This document shows positions 23,278-37,604 of a DNA stretch of 64,000 nt, piece by piece. Both the position numbers and the translations under genes were made by a program. Origin of the DNA: Eledone cirrhosa (lineage: Eukaryota); the NCBI GenBank assembly GCA_964016885.1, contig OZ024740.1, forward strand, positions 282,658,001-282,722,000. The letters are read 5' to 3'. The notes below the pieces were generated by a model that worked only from the letters and a program-made list of their open reading frames with translations, was not told where the DNA came from and made no database searches. Numbering within the stretch: the first letter of the stretch is position 1; every line of letters begins with the position of its first letter.

Positions 23278-23509
23278 GTGGTAACACAACAGTTAGCTCA
23301 CCATACCGAGAACAATTGTTAGTCAAGAAGGTCCGCTTCGAAAGGAGCGAGTTCAGTTACCTTAGGAGGGTGAGCTCTCGATATCAGGTTGAAGGTGTTA
23401 CTGGTACCTGTAATTTTGCCGTCAAAAGGTAGGGCTCGCCATCTTAAGCGTCTGACGACATCTTCAAACAATTGTTCTCGGTATGGTGAACTAACTGTTG
23501 TGTTACCAC
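23278..23509 (-). mobile_element. PLE (Naiad-like) N-terminal ORF fragment with a 43-bp inverted duplication
   Basis: EDVVRRLRWRAL...PPKVTELAPFEADLL resembles PLE N-terminal RMRWKA...PP...EL..FE.DL. Inverted arms at 23278-23320 and 23467-23509. Confidence 0.55.
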
Positions 23510-23530
23510 TTATATATATATATATATATA

Positions 23531-23785
23531 TCACCTTGATCGACCAGTCTGTCGGGCGCCAATCGGCGCCGCTGGTCACAACACGTCGTGCTGTTTTAGC
23601 CATAAGATAACGCCATCCCACTGGCTGGGCGGGCAGGCCGGTACTCATTTCTACAGCTGAGTAAACTGGAGCAACGTGAAATAAAGTGTCTTGTTCAAGG
23701 AAACAGCACATCACCCGGTCCGAGAATTGAACTCACAATCTTTCAATTGCAAGCCCAATGCTCTAACCACTAAGCCATGCGCCTT

Positions 23786-23786
<1 letters not shown>
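23531..23786 (-). mobile_element. SINE family 2, full length
   Basis: Near-identical to 46205-46461. Confidence 0.85.
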
Positions 23787-23832
<46 letters not shown>

Positions 23833-24490
23833 CAACAACAAGTTTTCACTCCTCCCTATATAACAACAACAAAATTTCACTTCTCCCTTTTTCCCATCCT
23901 TCTCTATATATATACTGTGACGGACAGACTGGGGGAGGAACAGATTCTCTTGTATGATAGAGATAGATTAAAAGAAAGGGGATATTTTTTCATATATGTG
24001 TAATATCCTTATATAACACTATGGTGTACAAATCAGGCTGTAGTACGTGTATCAGCTAAACAGTTGCTAGGCAAAGTAGTGATGCTAGCGCTGTGAAATC
24101 TTGCATGCATTAAATTCAATTCTTCTTATTAGTAACTGCGAATGCGGAGAGGAGGACCATACAATGCAGCACTGCCTCGTTTGCCCTCTACTACCCAACT
24201 AGTGCAGCTTAAAAGTTCTCGTAGTTTTTAATAATAATGCAAAGGACTGTGTAATGAAATGTGAAACTGTCATATAACCACATGCTTCGAAGATACGAAA
24301 AGAAGAAGTAAGTGTATTTTTTCTTTTCAGGGACTATGTTGAAAAATAAACCTCATTGGTCATTCCGTGAGAGTATCTTGGTCAGTCTATGAAGTTGTCA
24401 ACTCTAGCATTATTCAAAATAACTTCGCTCAAAATGACTACGCTCAAAATAAATTCGTTGAAAAGGAATAGAACCATATATATATATATA

Positions 24491-25500
<1,010 letters not shown>

Positions 25501-25667
25501 CGTATATACTCATGTAAAAGTCGAATTTTTTAAACCATTATGGTTTAAAATATATATATATATATATATATATAAATATACGTACGTTATTCCGGGTTGA
25601 ATCGGAGGTAACCACAGTAAGTAAGGTACTCAATACATTGCAGAGTATAACAGTTTTAATATAGATG

Positions 25668-25718
25668 AGATTCTACAGGACTAGAACTGTTTCATTCGTT
25701 AGAAATCATCAGGAATCT
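25668..25718 (-). ncRNA. Type I hammerhead ribozyme motif (family A)
   Basis: AGATTC-CTGATGA-tTTC taac GAAt-GAAA-CAG ttctagtc CTG-TA-GAATCT. Confidence 0.85.
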
Positions 25719-25933
25719 GGGTATCAAAAAATAAATATGGTATTTATAGGTCTCTTCAGGTGGTAGGGGAGGGTAGGGAGTGGGATCGGTAGAGGTCATT
25801 GGTTGATAGAAAAGGGAATTTTCTTTTAATGAATTCCCTTTTCTATCAACCAATGACCTCTACTCATCCCACTCCCCACCCTCTCCTACCACCTGAAGAG
25901 ACCTATAAATACCATATTTATTTGTTGATACCC

Positions 25934-25984
25934 AGATTCCTGATGATTTCTAACAAATGAAACAGTTCTAGTCCTGTAGAATCT
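25934..25984 (+). ncRNA. Type I hammerhead ribozyme motif (family A, mirror copy)
   Basis: Same motif on the plus strand with one stem II substitution. Confidence 0.8.
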
Positions 25985-26012
25985 CATCTATATAAATATA
26001 TATATATATATA

Positions 26013-26373
26013 CAATGATATTAAATAAATGGAAACTATATTTATAAAACCATATTTATTCTATTATATATATTTCATGGGTACCAACACTTAAGTACGC
26101 TCTCATCAGATAAAATAAAAAGTTTGTTTTATAAATATTGACATATCCAGAAAGAAGATCTTAACGGTTCAAGTTTTTCCTAGATAGACTATCCAGGAAA
26201 AGTTTTGGTACCTTTGAAATATATATAATAGAATAAATATGGTTTTATAAATATAGTTTCCATTTATTTAATATCATTGAATATTATACTCCAGAAAACT
26301 TGTCGAGTGCTTCAAATCAGTTATAAACATATATATCTGTTGAATTACCAACAAATTAAATATCCCTTTTGCT
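26013..26373. mobile_element. Fold-back pseudo-LTR element, family C, with HHR motif at 26059-26115 (-)
   Basis: Arms 26013-26087 and 26205-26279, tail to 26373. Minus: TTTTAT-CTGATGA-..GTAC..GTAC..-GAAA-TATATA-TA-ATAGAA. Homologous to 47212-47500. Confidence 0.75.
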
Positions 26374-26477
26374 TATATATATATATATATTTAATTATAT
26401 TCATACATACATAAACACATGCATCTATATATACATATATATATATATATGTATATAGATAAATGTACAAATAAATA

Positions 26478-26960
26478 TATATAGAATTCACAAGAATCAA
26501 AGCTATGTTCAAAACATTTATTTACTTACAATTGTTTCATCCAAACCTAGGCTTGGCGTTTTCGGAGCATTTTTTAATGGTTGTACATATAATTGACCTC
26601 CTGTCCAACGCAAGACACATACAGATACATATATATATATATTGATGTCGCTCCACTGTACATCAATATATATATATGTATCTGTATGTGTCTTGCGTTG
26701 GATAGGAGGTCAATTATATGTACAAGCATTAAAAAAAGGCTTCGAAGACTCCAAGCCTAGGTTTGGATGAAACAATTGTAAGTTAATAAATGTTTTGAAC
26801 ATAGCTTTGATTCTTGTGAATTTTATATAACTGCTCTGTAGAACAACTGATGTTCTTACATTGAGCTATTTATCGTACTTTAATAAGGTAGTAATAAATT
26901 ACTGACCTTCCCTGTTTATAGTTTAAAATATACATAACTTTAAATAGTATCCTTAATATT
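26478..26960. mobile_element. Fold-back pseudo-LTR element, family B (opposite orientation), with two degenerate HHRs at 26524-26569 (-) and 26739-26783 (+)
   Basis: Arms 26478-26648 and 26660-26829. Stem II TCCAAGCC/GGTTTGGA, GAAA-CAATTG-TA. Tail homologous to 2739-2899. Confidence 0.85.
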
Positions 26961-27017
26961 ATATATATATATATATACAGTATTTTCCGTTGTGTTGTAA
27001 TATAAATATTACACACA

Positions 27018-27560
<543 letters not shown>

Positions 27561-27603
27561 GTATTATATATATAGTTATGTAATAAACAACATAATATAA
27601 TTA

Positions 27604-27664
27604 TTTCATTTACCAGTGGTTTCTTGAAAGCAAACAAAATTTGCTTTCAGTCATCAGAATGAAA
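27604..27664 (-). ncRNA. Type I hammerhead ribozyme motif (family E)
   Basis: TTTCATT-CTGATGA-cTGAAAGCAAA ttttg TTTGCTTTCAa-GAAA-CCACTGG-TA-AATGAAA. Confidence 0.88.
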
Positions 27665-27686
27665 AAAATCCTGACACGAGGTTTTT

Positions 27687-27747
27687 TTTCATTCTGATGA
27701 CTGAAAGCAAATTTTGTTTGCTTTCAAGAAACCACTGGTAAATGAAA
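27687..27747 (+). ncRNA. Type I hammerhead ribozyme motif (family E, mirror copy)
   Basis: Identical motif on the plus strand; predicted cleavage after 27740. Confidence 0.88.
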
Positions 27748-28078
27748 TAATTATCTTATGTTGTTTATTACATATTTAATAAGCTCTGTAACCTACATAG
27801 AGCACTCTTTTTTCCTGGACCTTTCCGACGGAATTACTTCATTTATAAATAAATATATATATATATATATGACATACTTAGGGTAATATATCCAATAAAC
27901 AGGAAATCTTTTGGGAAAAGTAGGGAAGAACTCCCACTTTAAATGTGTAGAGACAAAATTTATATTTTTACGTAAATTATTTTTTAATTCAAGAAATTGA
28001 TATATGCCTTACTTAAGTCATGCGCATCAGGTGTATTAATATTATTGATAAAATGACAGATCATGTGTAAAACCTTAC

Positions 28079-28221
28079 TTGATTATTTCCAAGACCTATG
28101 TCAAAATTGTCGGTCAAATACTTCACGAAATCTAGTTGACGTTTAAAATATGGTGGCCATATACTCGACGAAGCATCCAAGAGAAAGACAATGTCAACAT
28201 CATGTGCCTGGCACGTTTTGG
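28079..28221 (-). CDS. Exon 3: N-terminal part of the first VWA domain (absent from the ORF track)
   Basis: ttttag|(T)KTCQAHDVDIVFLLDASSSIWPPYFKRQLDFVKYLTDNFDIGLGNNQ|gtaagg. 143 nt, phase 1-0, MIDAS DASSS. Confidence 0.92.
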
Positions 28222-28350
28222 CTAAAATTAAAAGAAAGAAATGGTCAATTGATATCTTACATAATACGTTTATGTTTGAATATATCTCTATATATCGTCA
28301 GCAAATTTGTGCTGTCATTAACATACGAATATACACATATACATACATAT

Positions 28351-28927
28351 ATGGTGGCTGCCAACACGTTTTCGAGTACGGCCACTACTTTATATCCATG
28401 TAGGAGAACCCCTACCGATGCGCTGAACGAGTGTGACTTTTTAGTCCAGCCGGCGACTTGAAAACTTTGGGTCAAACACTACACCTGTGACAATTATTGA
28501 CACATAGTGCTGGGCCCATGGTACCATGTGATGACAAGTGCAGAGAGATCTCCAGATATAAAGCAATGCCTGTGCCGTGAAGCTTTTATAGTGAGCAAAG
28601 GCACTGCACAAAGCCAGTCCCACTCTCTTAACCAAGATGATATTTACCAAAAAAGAAGAACAAGTCAACATCATTGGATACCATCAGGGTTGCAAGTGTT
28701 ATATCAGAGTTTTCCTTCTCCTATAATTCTGTCTTGACAAAGGCTAAGGGGTCATCTCTCCCGGTGATTTTGGATGGCCATTGACTCTTAAGAGCTCTTT
28801 TGCCCTTTGACAGGTTTTGTTTTTAGTCCTGCAGGATGTCCCAAGTCACCCTCCTCACCAAGAAACCTTGGTGGGGTTGCCAGTTTAGTCGCCAACGACT
28901 CGACCATGTGACAGGTTGTACTGGGAT
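28351..28927 (-). mobile_element. Non-coding interspersed repeat with an RTE-5'UTR-like motif and (TATG)n tail
   Basis: 28351-28703 is the near-identical reverse complement of 54851-55202. The minus strand has taggagaaggaaactctgat, which resembles RTE 5' UTRs. Confidence 0.6.
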
Positions 28928-29358
28928 ACATGTATATACATACATATAATCATGCATACATACACACAAAGAAACATACATAGATACATACACACATATA
29001 TACATACTACACACACATACATACTACATACAAACATACATACATAAACACACACACACACACATACATACATACATGATGGCTGTCTCCTCGTTATCGA
29101 GTATGGTCATTGCAAGATATAACATTATTAATAATTATCAAATAATGTTATAGTGCAATGTCTGTGCGTGAAGATTTCTTTTACACATACATAGCAACTG
29201 TAGGCTCCTCCGGGACTTTCCATTGCTTTGTTCTGCGTGTGTGTTCTCATGTGTCTTTTAACACCTCCCATGCTAGCTCATTCATTGCCACATCCCTGAC
29301 CCCTTTTTAGATCATAATCTACATGAGGTTTACATTATTATTATTACTATTACTATTA

Positions 29359-29497
29359 GGGCGGTGGATTGTCAGTATCGGTAGGGGATCGGACGCCCTG
29401 CTTTGACGAATTGAGTTACGGCCCTTCCCATTCTGAGTTCAAATCCCGCCGAGGTTAACTTTGCCTTTCATCCTTACGGGGTCGATAAAATAAAGTA
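29359..29497 (+). mobile_element. SINE family 1, 3'-interrupted
   Basis: Head plus core up to aaagtac. Confidence 0.8.
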
Positions 29498-29605
29498 CTG
29501 CATAAGACTGCACCGACGTGTATAAATATATACACATGTCGAATATATAGCCATGTAAACATGTCAGAAAATATGAATTTCCTTTTAAATTGATAAAAAT
29601 GACTA

Positions 29606-29654
29606 ACATCTTTAATCAATTTTCGGATCTAATTGGACCCTCATCAGAAGATAT
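29606..29654 (-). ncRNA. Type I minimal hammerhead ribozyme motif, solo (no inverted arm)
   Basis: ATATCTT-CTGATGA-GGGTC caatta GATCC-GAAA-ATTGAT-TA-AAGATGT, abutting (TA)n. Confidence 0.8.
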
Positions 29655-29989
29655 ATATATATATATATAATCCAATCAACCACAAAGAAACACGTATACG
29701 ATGAGTATATATACCTATTAACTCTTGTATTATTCTAAAATGTACATTTGCATATAATTAGCGCTGGTGTTAGTAAGTAATTAATATATATATTAAGAAT
29801 TGCGCTAGCAGTCGAAGTGTATGATAAAGTTATATCTATACAGATACAGAATGTGTAACTGACACTGCACTAACGTGTATATATATATATATATATACAT
29901 ATATACACATATCTAATATCGACAGTCGATCGAATTTCGTCTAATCGGACCGAGGAAACAATCTTTCCAATTGCTAATACAGTCTATCG

Positions 29990-30490
29990 GTTGCAAATCC
30001 AGGTAGAAGGAGCAACGTGAAATAAAGTGTTTTGCCCAATAATATAACGCATCACCCGGTCTAGGAAACGAACTCACAACCTCACGTTTGCGAATTCAAT
30101 TCTCTAACCACTCAGCCACACTCCTTCACTATCTAATAAGTAGGGATGTAAATATATCAAATAATTGTTTCTACGTTTGGCACAAGGCCAGCAATTACCC
30201 CAGTGCATTACTGGTACTTTATTTTATTGACCTCGTAAGGATGAAAGGCAAATTAACTTCGGCTGGATTTAAACTCAGAACGTAAAGAGCCATAACTCTG
30301 TGCTACAAATCATGGTGTCTGACGCTCTACCGATATTGCCAATCCACCACCCTTAGTAATAGCAATAGTAATAGTAATAATTGTTTCTACTTTTGGCACA
30401 AGGCCAGCAAATTATCCAGCAAATTATCCAGCGTATTACTGGTACTTTATTTTATCGACCCCGTAAGGATGAAAGGCAAAGTTAACCTCG
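29990..30490 (-). mobile_element. One family 2 and two family 1 SINE copies
   Basis: Reverse-complement matches to the SINE consensus motifs. Confidence 0.75.
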
Positions 30491-30509
30491 TATATATAAT
30501 ATATATAAA

Positions 30510-31075
30510 GTTTAATATAGAAATAGCTTCTATAGGACTAGAACTGTTTCATTCGAAAAATAAATCATCATTGTAAAACGGTTGTATTTATATATTTTCT
30601 GGTAGTTAGGGTAGGTGGTGGTTTGGAGGAATGGGCACAGGTCAATGCCCAAGGGATTTTAAAGAACAAGAACTCTTTAGAAAAATACATAATAATACAA
30701 TGACATACAATGAAACCTTTTTGTTTACTTAGAGGAAATGAACCCTGAAATGTGTGGGCGTTCGTGTGTATGTCTGTGTATGGGTTCGTGAGTGTGAATG
30801 TGAACATTGTCTTTTATCTGTGTCATTGTATTATTGTGGATATTTCTAAAAATATTTTTTTTCAAAGAACCCTTATTCTTTTTAATCCTTTGGCCATTGA
30901 CCTCTACACATCACCAACATTCACCACCTCATTCAGCCACCAGAAAATATATAAATACAGTGACAGTTGGCTTTCCTGGTTATTTCGTTCTAGTCCTGTA
31001 GAAGTCATTTCTATATTAAACGTGATGTGTACACTCTACTAATGTATTGAATACCTTATTTACTGGGGTTTTAAC

Positions 31076-31078
<3 letters not shown>
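30510..31078. mobile_element. Old, diverged fold-back family A element (tail on the right)
   Basis: gtttaatatagaaatagcttctataggactagaac mirrored by gttctagtcctgtagaagtcatttctatattaaac. Tail tgtattgaataccttatttactggggtt matches family A. Confidence 0.65.
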
Positions 31079-31138
<60 letters not shown>

Positions 31139-31244
31139 GCGACCTTGAGCCAATCCTCTGCGAAGCGCCCATAACAATTCGATACACAATAAATATCTTT
31201 TATATGGAAACGAAACTGCCTCCTTTTTCTCTAACACACACACA

Positions 31245-31363
<119 letters not shown>

Positions 31364-31500
31364 TAATATATATATATGCGTGTGTTCGTGTGTGTGTGTG
31401 TGCGCGTGTGTTCGCGTGTGTGTGCGATCTATATGCATCATTTGGTGTCGATTACCGATTGAATAATTTCGTTTTACTTGAATCAATATTGCATATAGGA

Positions 31501-31685
31501 AAGGAGTGAATACTTTGACATTCTGAACACCTCAACATTCTGTGTAAAAATTAAGCTAGGCAAATACCTTATATTTACACCTGGAAATTATATTGAATTT
31601 CCTGAGGTAAATATAAAGACTTCGCCTAGGTGAATTTGTACACAGGAATATTGAGGTTTTCAAAATGTCAAAGTATTCACTCCTT
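31501..31685. mobile_element. MITE-like imperfect palindrome
   Basis: aaggagtgaatactttgacatt...aatgtcaaagtattcactcctt with ~85-bp imperfect arms; no HHR core. Confidence 0.65.
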
Positions 31686-32246
31686 GTATTTTTATCAAGA
31701 AAGAAAACGAATAAGTTGATGACAATTCCTAACAGAAGCGTCCCCGATTTTGCGGTAACATTTGGTGGGATGTGAAATCAGAATACTAGACTAGATTTTT
31801 TATAAAATATACACCATTCGATTCTTTAGCAATTACCCCAATCCAACGCTTATGAACTGGTATGTTATTTATCGAACCCGAACTAAGGAAAGCCACAATT
31901 GAATTTGACGGGGATTTGAACCCAGAGCACCGAAAGCCGAATCAAATGCCAACGTTGTTCCAAATTGCTGTTTATCATAAAATAAAGAACTATATATTTA
32001 AAAATATCTAGTCTAATTCCTCAAATCCTGTAGTATTAGACATTAGACACCCCATTGTGGAGTTAATAAAATACATACCATAAACCACTATCGACTCTAC
32101 ATAACATGCACGTGTGCCTCGTCAAAGGTCATCGTTTTATGTATGCAATAATACGCAATAAATGTACGCATCAAATGTATCGATTTACCTGAATGTTTAT
32201 CTATTCTGTAAATGAAAACTTTATTAAAAAGGAAAAGAAAACTTAC

Positions 32247-32277
32247 TGTTTGCTCCACATGTCAGTTGTGTCAAAAT
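32247..32277 (-). CDS. Exon 2: micro-exon completing the signal peptide
   Basis: aaacag|ILTQLTCGAN+A|gtaagt. 31 nt, phase 0-1, exactly bridges exons 1 and 3. Confidence 0.75.
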
Positions 32278-32989
32278 CTGTTTAATTGAAATAAAATAGA
32301 CATTAGTATATTTAGAAGATAATTCGAGATTATTTCTCGGATACAAGTTATACTATCTATGTTTAGAGTTGTAAATATAATAGAGTCGAGGTTCTTGTGG
32401 CTGTTTTGACAGACTAGCCTAATTTTGAATTAACATTAGCAAATTTGTCTTATTTTCTTTCTCCTACGGTCACTTCCAACAGCATCCACACTATTCAGAT
32501 CATACTATGTTTTTTACCTTTCCTAATCTTCCGCACCCAAGCAGCCAAAATACGCAATCTAGATACAGTACAGTAAACCTGCATCGGTGCTGTGAATATG
32601 GAGCTCTAAAGCACCTTCTTATGTTGTCTTGTCAACTTTATCTTCTTCAACATCACAAAGACATAATCATTGCACATATCAAGAAACTATATCATACCAT
32701 CACCACTGCAATAAACATAAAGAATACATAACTAGAATCTTCAATATTAATACAAATAATAGAGGGCCACCATCACTGAGGACCTTTCCTCTCGAACGTA
32801 TATCTTCACTAATACTGAACTTCCTCTTCAGAGAGAGAAACTACTTAATCCTTTCCTCCATCCCAGTCCCAAAATAACTATTATCTATCTGCAAAGCTCA
32901 CGTAAGACTCACAATTATATATGCAATGGTTATATCTTATCTGCAGTAGACTGCATCCAAAATAGCCAGCCAAATGACTTGCATGAAGT

Positions 32990-33590
32990 GTCTCACTAAC
33001 AGACGCCAATCTCCATAATTATAATAAAGCTCTCGGATATAATGTGTAGGATATGTGGGACCTATGAGGAAACCACTGACCACATTATCTCTGGATGCCC
33101 AGTGTTGGAAAACATGAATATCCACGCTCACATACACTTTAAAATCTGAGGGAATATAACAAAAATGGTAAGACCACAAACTAAACAGTCGCCAATAATG
33201 CAATAAAGTATGCAGTACTGTTTTATAATTGTTCAAAAATGATGCCAGCACAAACCAGAAAAAGTGACTGAAAATGAAAATGCCAAAATCGTGTGGGATT
33301 TTATGGTTCAACAAGGAAAGTCTGGCATCATTGTGGTGGATAATCATTGTGGTGGATAAGAATGAGACCAAGTGTTAGATAATTGATATGGCCGTAGCGG
33401 GTGATCATTTTATCAAAGGGATGGAAAATGAAAACATTGACAACTGCTCTAATTTGAGAGTCGAAATTGCTAGGGTGTGGGTCAGCTCCCACCCCAAATA
33501 ATACCAATAGTGAGAGGATCATTAGCGTCATTCACCAAAAATTTAGAGTATTATTTCAAGGAAATTAGCATTTCACCAAACATTAGTAGT
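32990..33590 (+). mobile_element. Degenerate R4/Dong-like LINE 3' region (Zn knuckle plus restriction-like endonuclease)
   Basis: CRICGTYEETTDHIISGCPVL and KPEKVTENENAKIVWDF, with frameshifts. Confidence 0.7.
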
Positions 33591-34049
33591 AAGGAAAATT
33601 AGGAAAGTATACTAGAGATTTAGACTAATATTGAAACAGAATTCAATGCGAGAAATAAGATATTAGATATGAATATGCTGACGATGTCAATTATAAACTA
33701 CAGTTTCAATATAATGAACTGGAAGCTAATGTAATTGTAAATTTTAGAGAGAAAAATTCGAAAACATTGACAACGACCTGAAACCTCAATTCCAAAGGAA
33801 TCAAAAATAGACTATATCTATCCTGCACACAAAAACGATCTTGTCTGACACAAATAGAAAGCTGCTACAAAATAACGACAGTTTGACTGGAAAAGACTTT
33901 AATGAAGACTGTTAAATGTAATTAGGTTATACGAAAAAAATCTTTTAAGAATTTAATAAGTTTCCAAACAAAAACAAGATTGAAGCAATAGATTTAGTTA
34001 AGAGCACAACAAAAAATGACTAAAGAAACTCACATAAAAATGGAAACAA

Positions 34050-34765
34050 AACATAAAAGAGAAATGGAGAGACAATCGGCTCCATGGTCATATAAGGCTC
34101 GAGAAAGTGGACGTAAACGAAAGTGAAAGTCAACAATGGCTCAGACAGAAGCTTCGGACTAAAAGAAGAAACGGAAAGACTGATTCTCATAGCACGGATC
34201 AAATATCTGACCACAAACAACTACCAGGAAAAGATAATGAAAAAGAAGTATAATAATAAATGCATATTGCGCAACCGGCTGCCCAGTTATGACCTAATCT
34301 GAATATATAAGCGTACATGATTGAATCAGCTTCTATATCTGCAGAGAATATGCCAACATTTCGATAGAAAAATGGACGATAGATTGTATAAACATGTATT
34401 AAACGCGGTACATGACAAGAATCTGTTTTCAATCATTTGAGATATCCCTGTTCAAACTGATAATTAAATCAAAGCAAACCTCTTGACATAATAATCAAAT
34501 AATAGAAAAAACACATGCACACTGATAGAAAAAACATTGCCTGAAAAAAGAAAATGGAAAACTCTGAAGATCCAAGGATCTTGAAATTAAAATATACAAG
34601 ATATGGAACAAGAAGGTAAAGTGTGGCAATAATCGGAGCCCGAGTATGATGAAGAAATATTAACAATAATATAGAAGCTATACCAAACTTCACAACACTA
34701 TCATACATAAGTATAACTCTGCTAGAAACAGCCCACAATCTGCGCGAAGCATTATTGATTCAATA
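34050..34765 (+). mobile_element. Highly degenerate R4/Dong-like LINE 3' region
   Basis: Remnants such as GLKEETERLILIA, DIPVQTD and LLETAHNLREAL. Confidence 0.5.
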
Positions 34766-35109
34766 GCAAAGATCAAATATAACAAACATCACCTATACAA
34801 CAAGCACTTAATGAAATAAAATTACACACCTCACAAAACAATCTCGAGCAGATATATACCCAATAGAATTACACAACTCACATTACACGCTTCATACACA
34901 ACAGAAATAACTATAAAATATTACAACAAGGTAAATGCCAAACACGATAAAGATCCAGACATGTGATGTACAATAACAGAAGCAATTTATACTCCCTTAA
35001 TCCCATAAAAAAGAGAGCACATTTCTGCACAGACATCAGAAACGGTGAAGTGCACTCGGTAATGCAGTAGAAACTCGCGTGGACCAGTCGAAGAAATAAT
35101 GATAATAAT

Positions 35110-35412
35110 AATGGTTTCTGATTTAGGCACAAGTCCAACAGTTTTTGTGGGAGCGGAAAGACGTTAAATCGAAACCAGTGTCTTACTGGTACTGTATTTT
35201 ATCGACTCCGTAAGGATGAAAATCAAAACTAACTTCGGCGGGATTTGAACTTAGAAAGTAAACAGACGTAACTCTATGTTGCAAAGCATGTTGTCCAACG
35301 CTCCACCGTTTCTGCCAAACTACAACCAATAATGGTTTCTGATTTAGGCGCAAGACCAACAATTTCTGGCGGAGGAGAAACGCTCTATCGTTTCTGCCAA
35401 ACCATCACCATA

Positions 35413-35445
<33 letters not shown>

Positions 35446-36180
35446 TTCTAGGGATCGTTAAAGAAAATTGGCCCCTTCACGCTTTTTGGAACGCTTCAAA
35501 AGGCATGCTTGCTGGGAACAGCAAGAACCCTCCGATACGTCCTGAATATCTGAGGCTGCAGATAGTGGCTTGATATTCATTTCAACAAACTTTCCCGTTC
35601 ACTAACATCAATGACTGAGACTCAAAGAACAATAATAATAATAATAATAATTGTTTCTACTTTTGGCACAAGGCCATCAATTATCCAGTACATTACTGAT
35701 ACTTTATTTTATCGACCCCGGAAGGATGAAAGGCAAAGTTAACCTTGGCGGGATTTGAACTCAGACCGTAAAGGGACGTAACTATGCTAGAAATAATAAT
35801 AATGATTGTTTCTACTTTTGGCACGAGGCCAGCAATTACCCAGTACATTACTGGTACTTTATTTTATCGACCCCGTAAGGATGAAAGGCAAAGTTAACCT
35901 CGACGGGATTTGAACTCAGATCGTAAAGGGACGTAACTCTTTGCGTCAAAGCATGGCGTCCGACCCTCTACTGATACTGCCAATCCACCATAATAATAAT
36001 TGTTTCTACTTTAGGCACAAGGCCAGCAATTATCCAGTGCATTACTGGTACTTTATTTTATCGACCCCGTAAGGATGAAAGGCAAAGTCAACCTCGGCGG
36101 GATTTGAACTCAGATCGTAAAGGGACGTAACTATGCTGGAAAGCATGGCGTCCGACCCTCTACCGATACTGCCAATCCAC
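35110..36180 (-). mobile_element. Cluster of family 1 SINEs interleaved with (TAA)n and a short plus-strand LINE 3' tip (35446-35632)
   Basis: Three near-identical SINE copies at 35650-36180; LQKACLLGTARTLRYVLNI* precedes a (TAA)n tail. Confidence 0.75.
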
Positions 36181-36898
36181 ATAATAATAATAAATAAGAC
36201 ATGGAACTGGTTAACGAAAGAGGACCTTAAGAAAGCTATAGAGGTAATGCTACTGGCTGCACTAAAGCAGCCCTTAGAACAAAGTGGATGAAATGCCATA
36301 TTGACAAAGAGGAGGGTAGCCCTCCCTGTAGTATCTGTGGAGAGAGTGAGAGTGGAAACTGTGGCTCACATCGTATCCGAGTATAAACTCAAAACTAGAA
36401 CAATACACGTTGTTGTAGGTGCCTTATGAATAATATCAAAGTGGGGTGGTTATTACCTATATCAAATTACAAGAAACCCGATGGGGGCTGCTCATATATT
36501 ACGAAATATGCTGTGTATGTAACTCTAAAACAGTTTCTTTAAAACATATCAAAAGTACTTTCGAATGAACATAATAGCAAATACCTTATATCGTGATTAT
36601 ATTTTATCTTAAAATAAATTTAGAACCAAGCAACTGATTTTAAACAAATTCATAATTATTTTCTTATGCTTTATCAGACATTTTGTAGACCAATATTTCG
36701 TACGAACCCATGGCATACAACTAAAACACAAATCCCTATCATCTAAATACATTTCCCCCCAAAACATAGTAGTCATCAACCACTATAGTCATAATGCCCA
36801 TTTGAACTTTTAACTTGCTGCCACTTGGGCTCTCTAGATTAGACATAGAATCAACACGTAATAATAATAACAATAATAATAATAATAATAATAATAAT

Positions 36899-37508
36899 AC
36901 ACAATACATACATTGGATAATGTGTAAGCATTTTGACCTGCCCCATCAAAAGAATTGGTGGGAACATCAACCACCTCCCATACTTGAAAAAGATCACATC
37001 GCAATGTTGTGGAACTTTAACATCCAAACAGACCGAATAATAGATGCAAATAGACCTGATATAATACTGAAGGACTTTAAAAAGAGGGTATGCCTGCTAA
37101 TTTATATGTCTGTTCCAATAGACAAGAATGTATCTATAAAAACATTTGAAAAATTGAGCAAGTATAAAGACCTGGAGATAGAAATTGGAAAAATGTGGAA
37201 ATTGAGAACTAAAACAATACCAGTGGTTGTAGGTGCTCTAGGAATGATACCTAAGGGGTCTAATGATTACTTATCGCAAATCCCAGGAAACCCGCGTATA
37301 GGAGAAATACAAAAGATAGTACTAATGGGAACTGCCCATATACTAAGGAAGATTCTGTCAATATAAGTACATCACAAGTCTAAACACCTAAAGATGCATG
37401 TGTGTATGTATGTTCTTTTTTGAACATGGTGGACCTTGTTGTCTCTTGAGGTCACTGGTTGTGACTTGGTGATAACTCGTATGAACATAAAGCAAGATAA
37501 ATGCAACT

Positions 37509-37510
<2 letters not shown>
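36899..37510 (+). mobile_element. 5'-truncated R4/Dong-like LINE, copy 1, bounded by (TAA)n
   Basis: LWNFNIQTDRIIDANRPDIILKD...EKLSKYKDL...IPVVVGALG...GTAHILRKIL (RLE domain). Stop at 37366, then 3' UTR and (TAA)n. Confidence 0.9.
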
Positions 37511-37563
<53 letters not shown>

Positions 37564-37568
37564 TAATG

Positions 37569-37602
<34 letters not shown>

Positions 37603-37604
<2 letters not shown>

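Larger units (their letters stand above)
25580..25993. mobile_element. Fold-back pseudo-LTR element, family A
   Basis: Arms 25659-25820 and 25832-25993 with an 11-bp spacer. Left tail homologous to 4537-4606. TA flanks. Confidence 0.9.
27577..27845. mobile_element. Fold-back pseudo-LTR element, family E
   Basis: Arms 27577-27672 and 27679-27774, right tail to ~27845, TA flanks. Confidence 0.85.
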
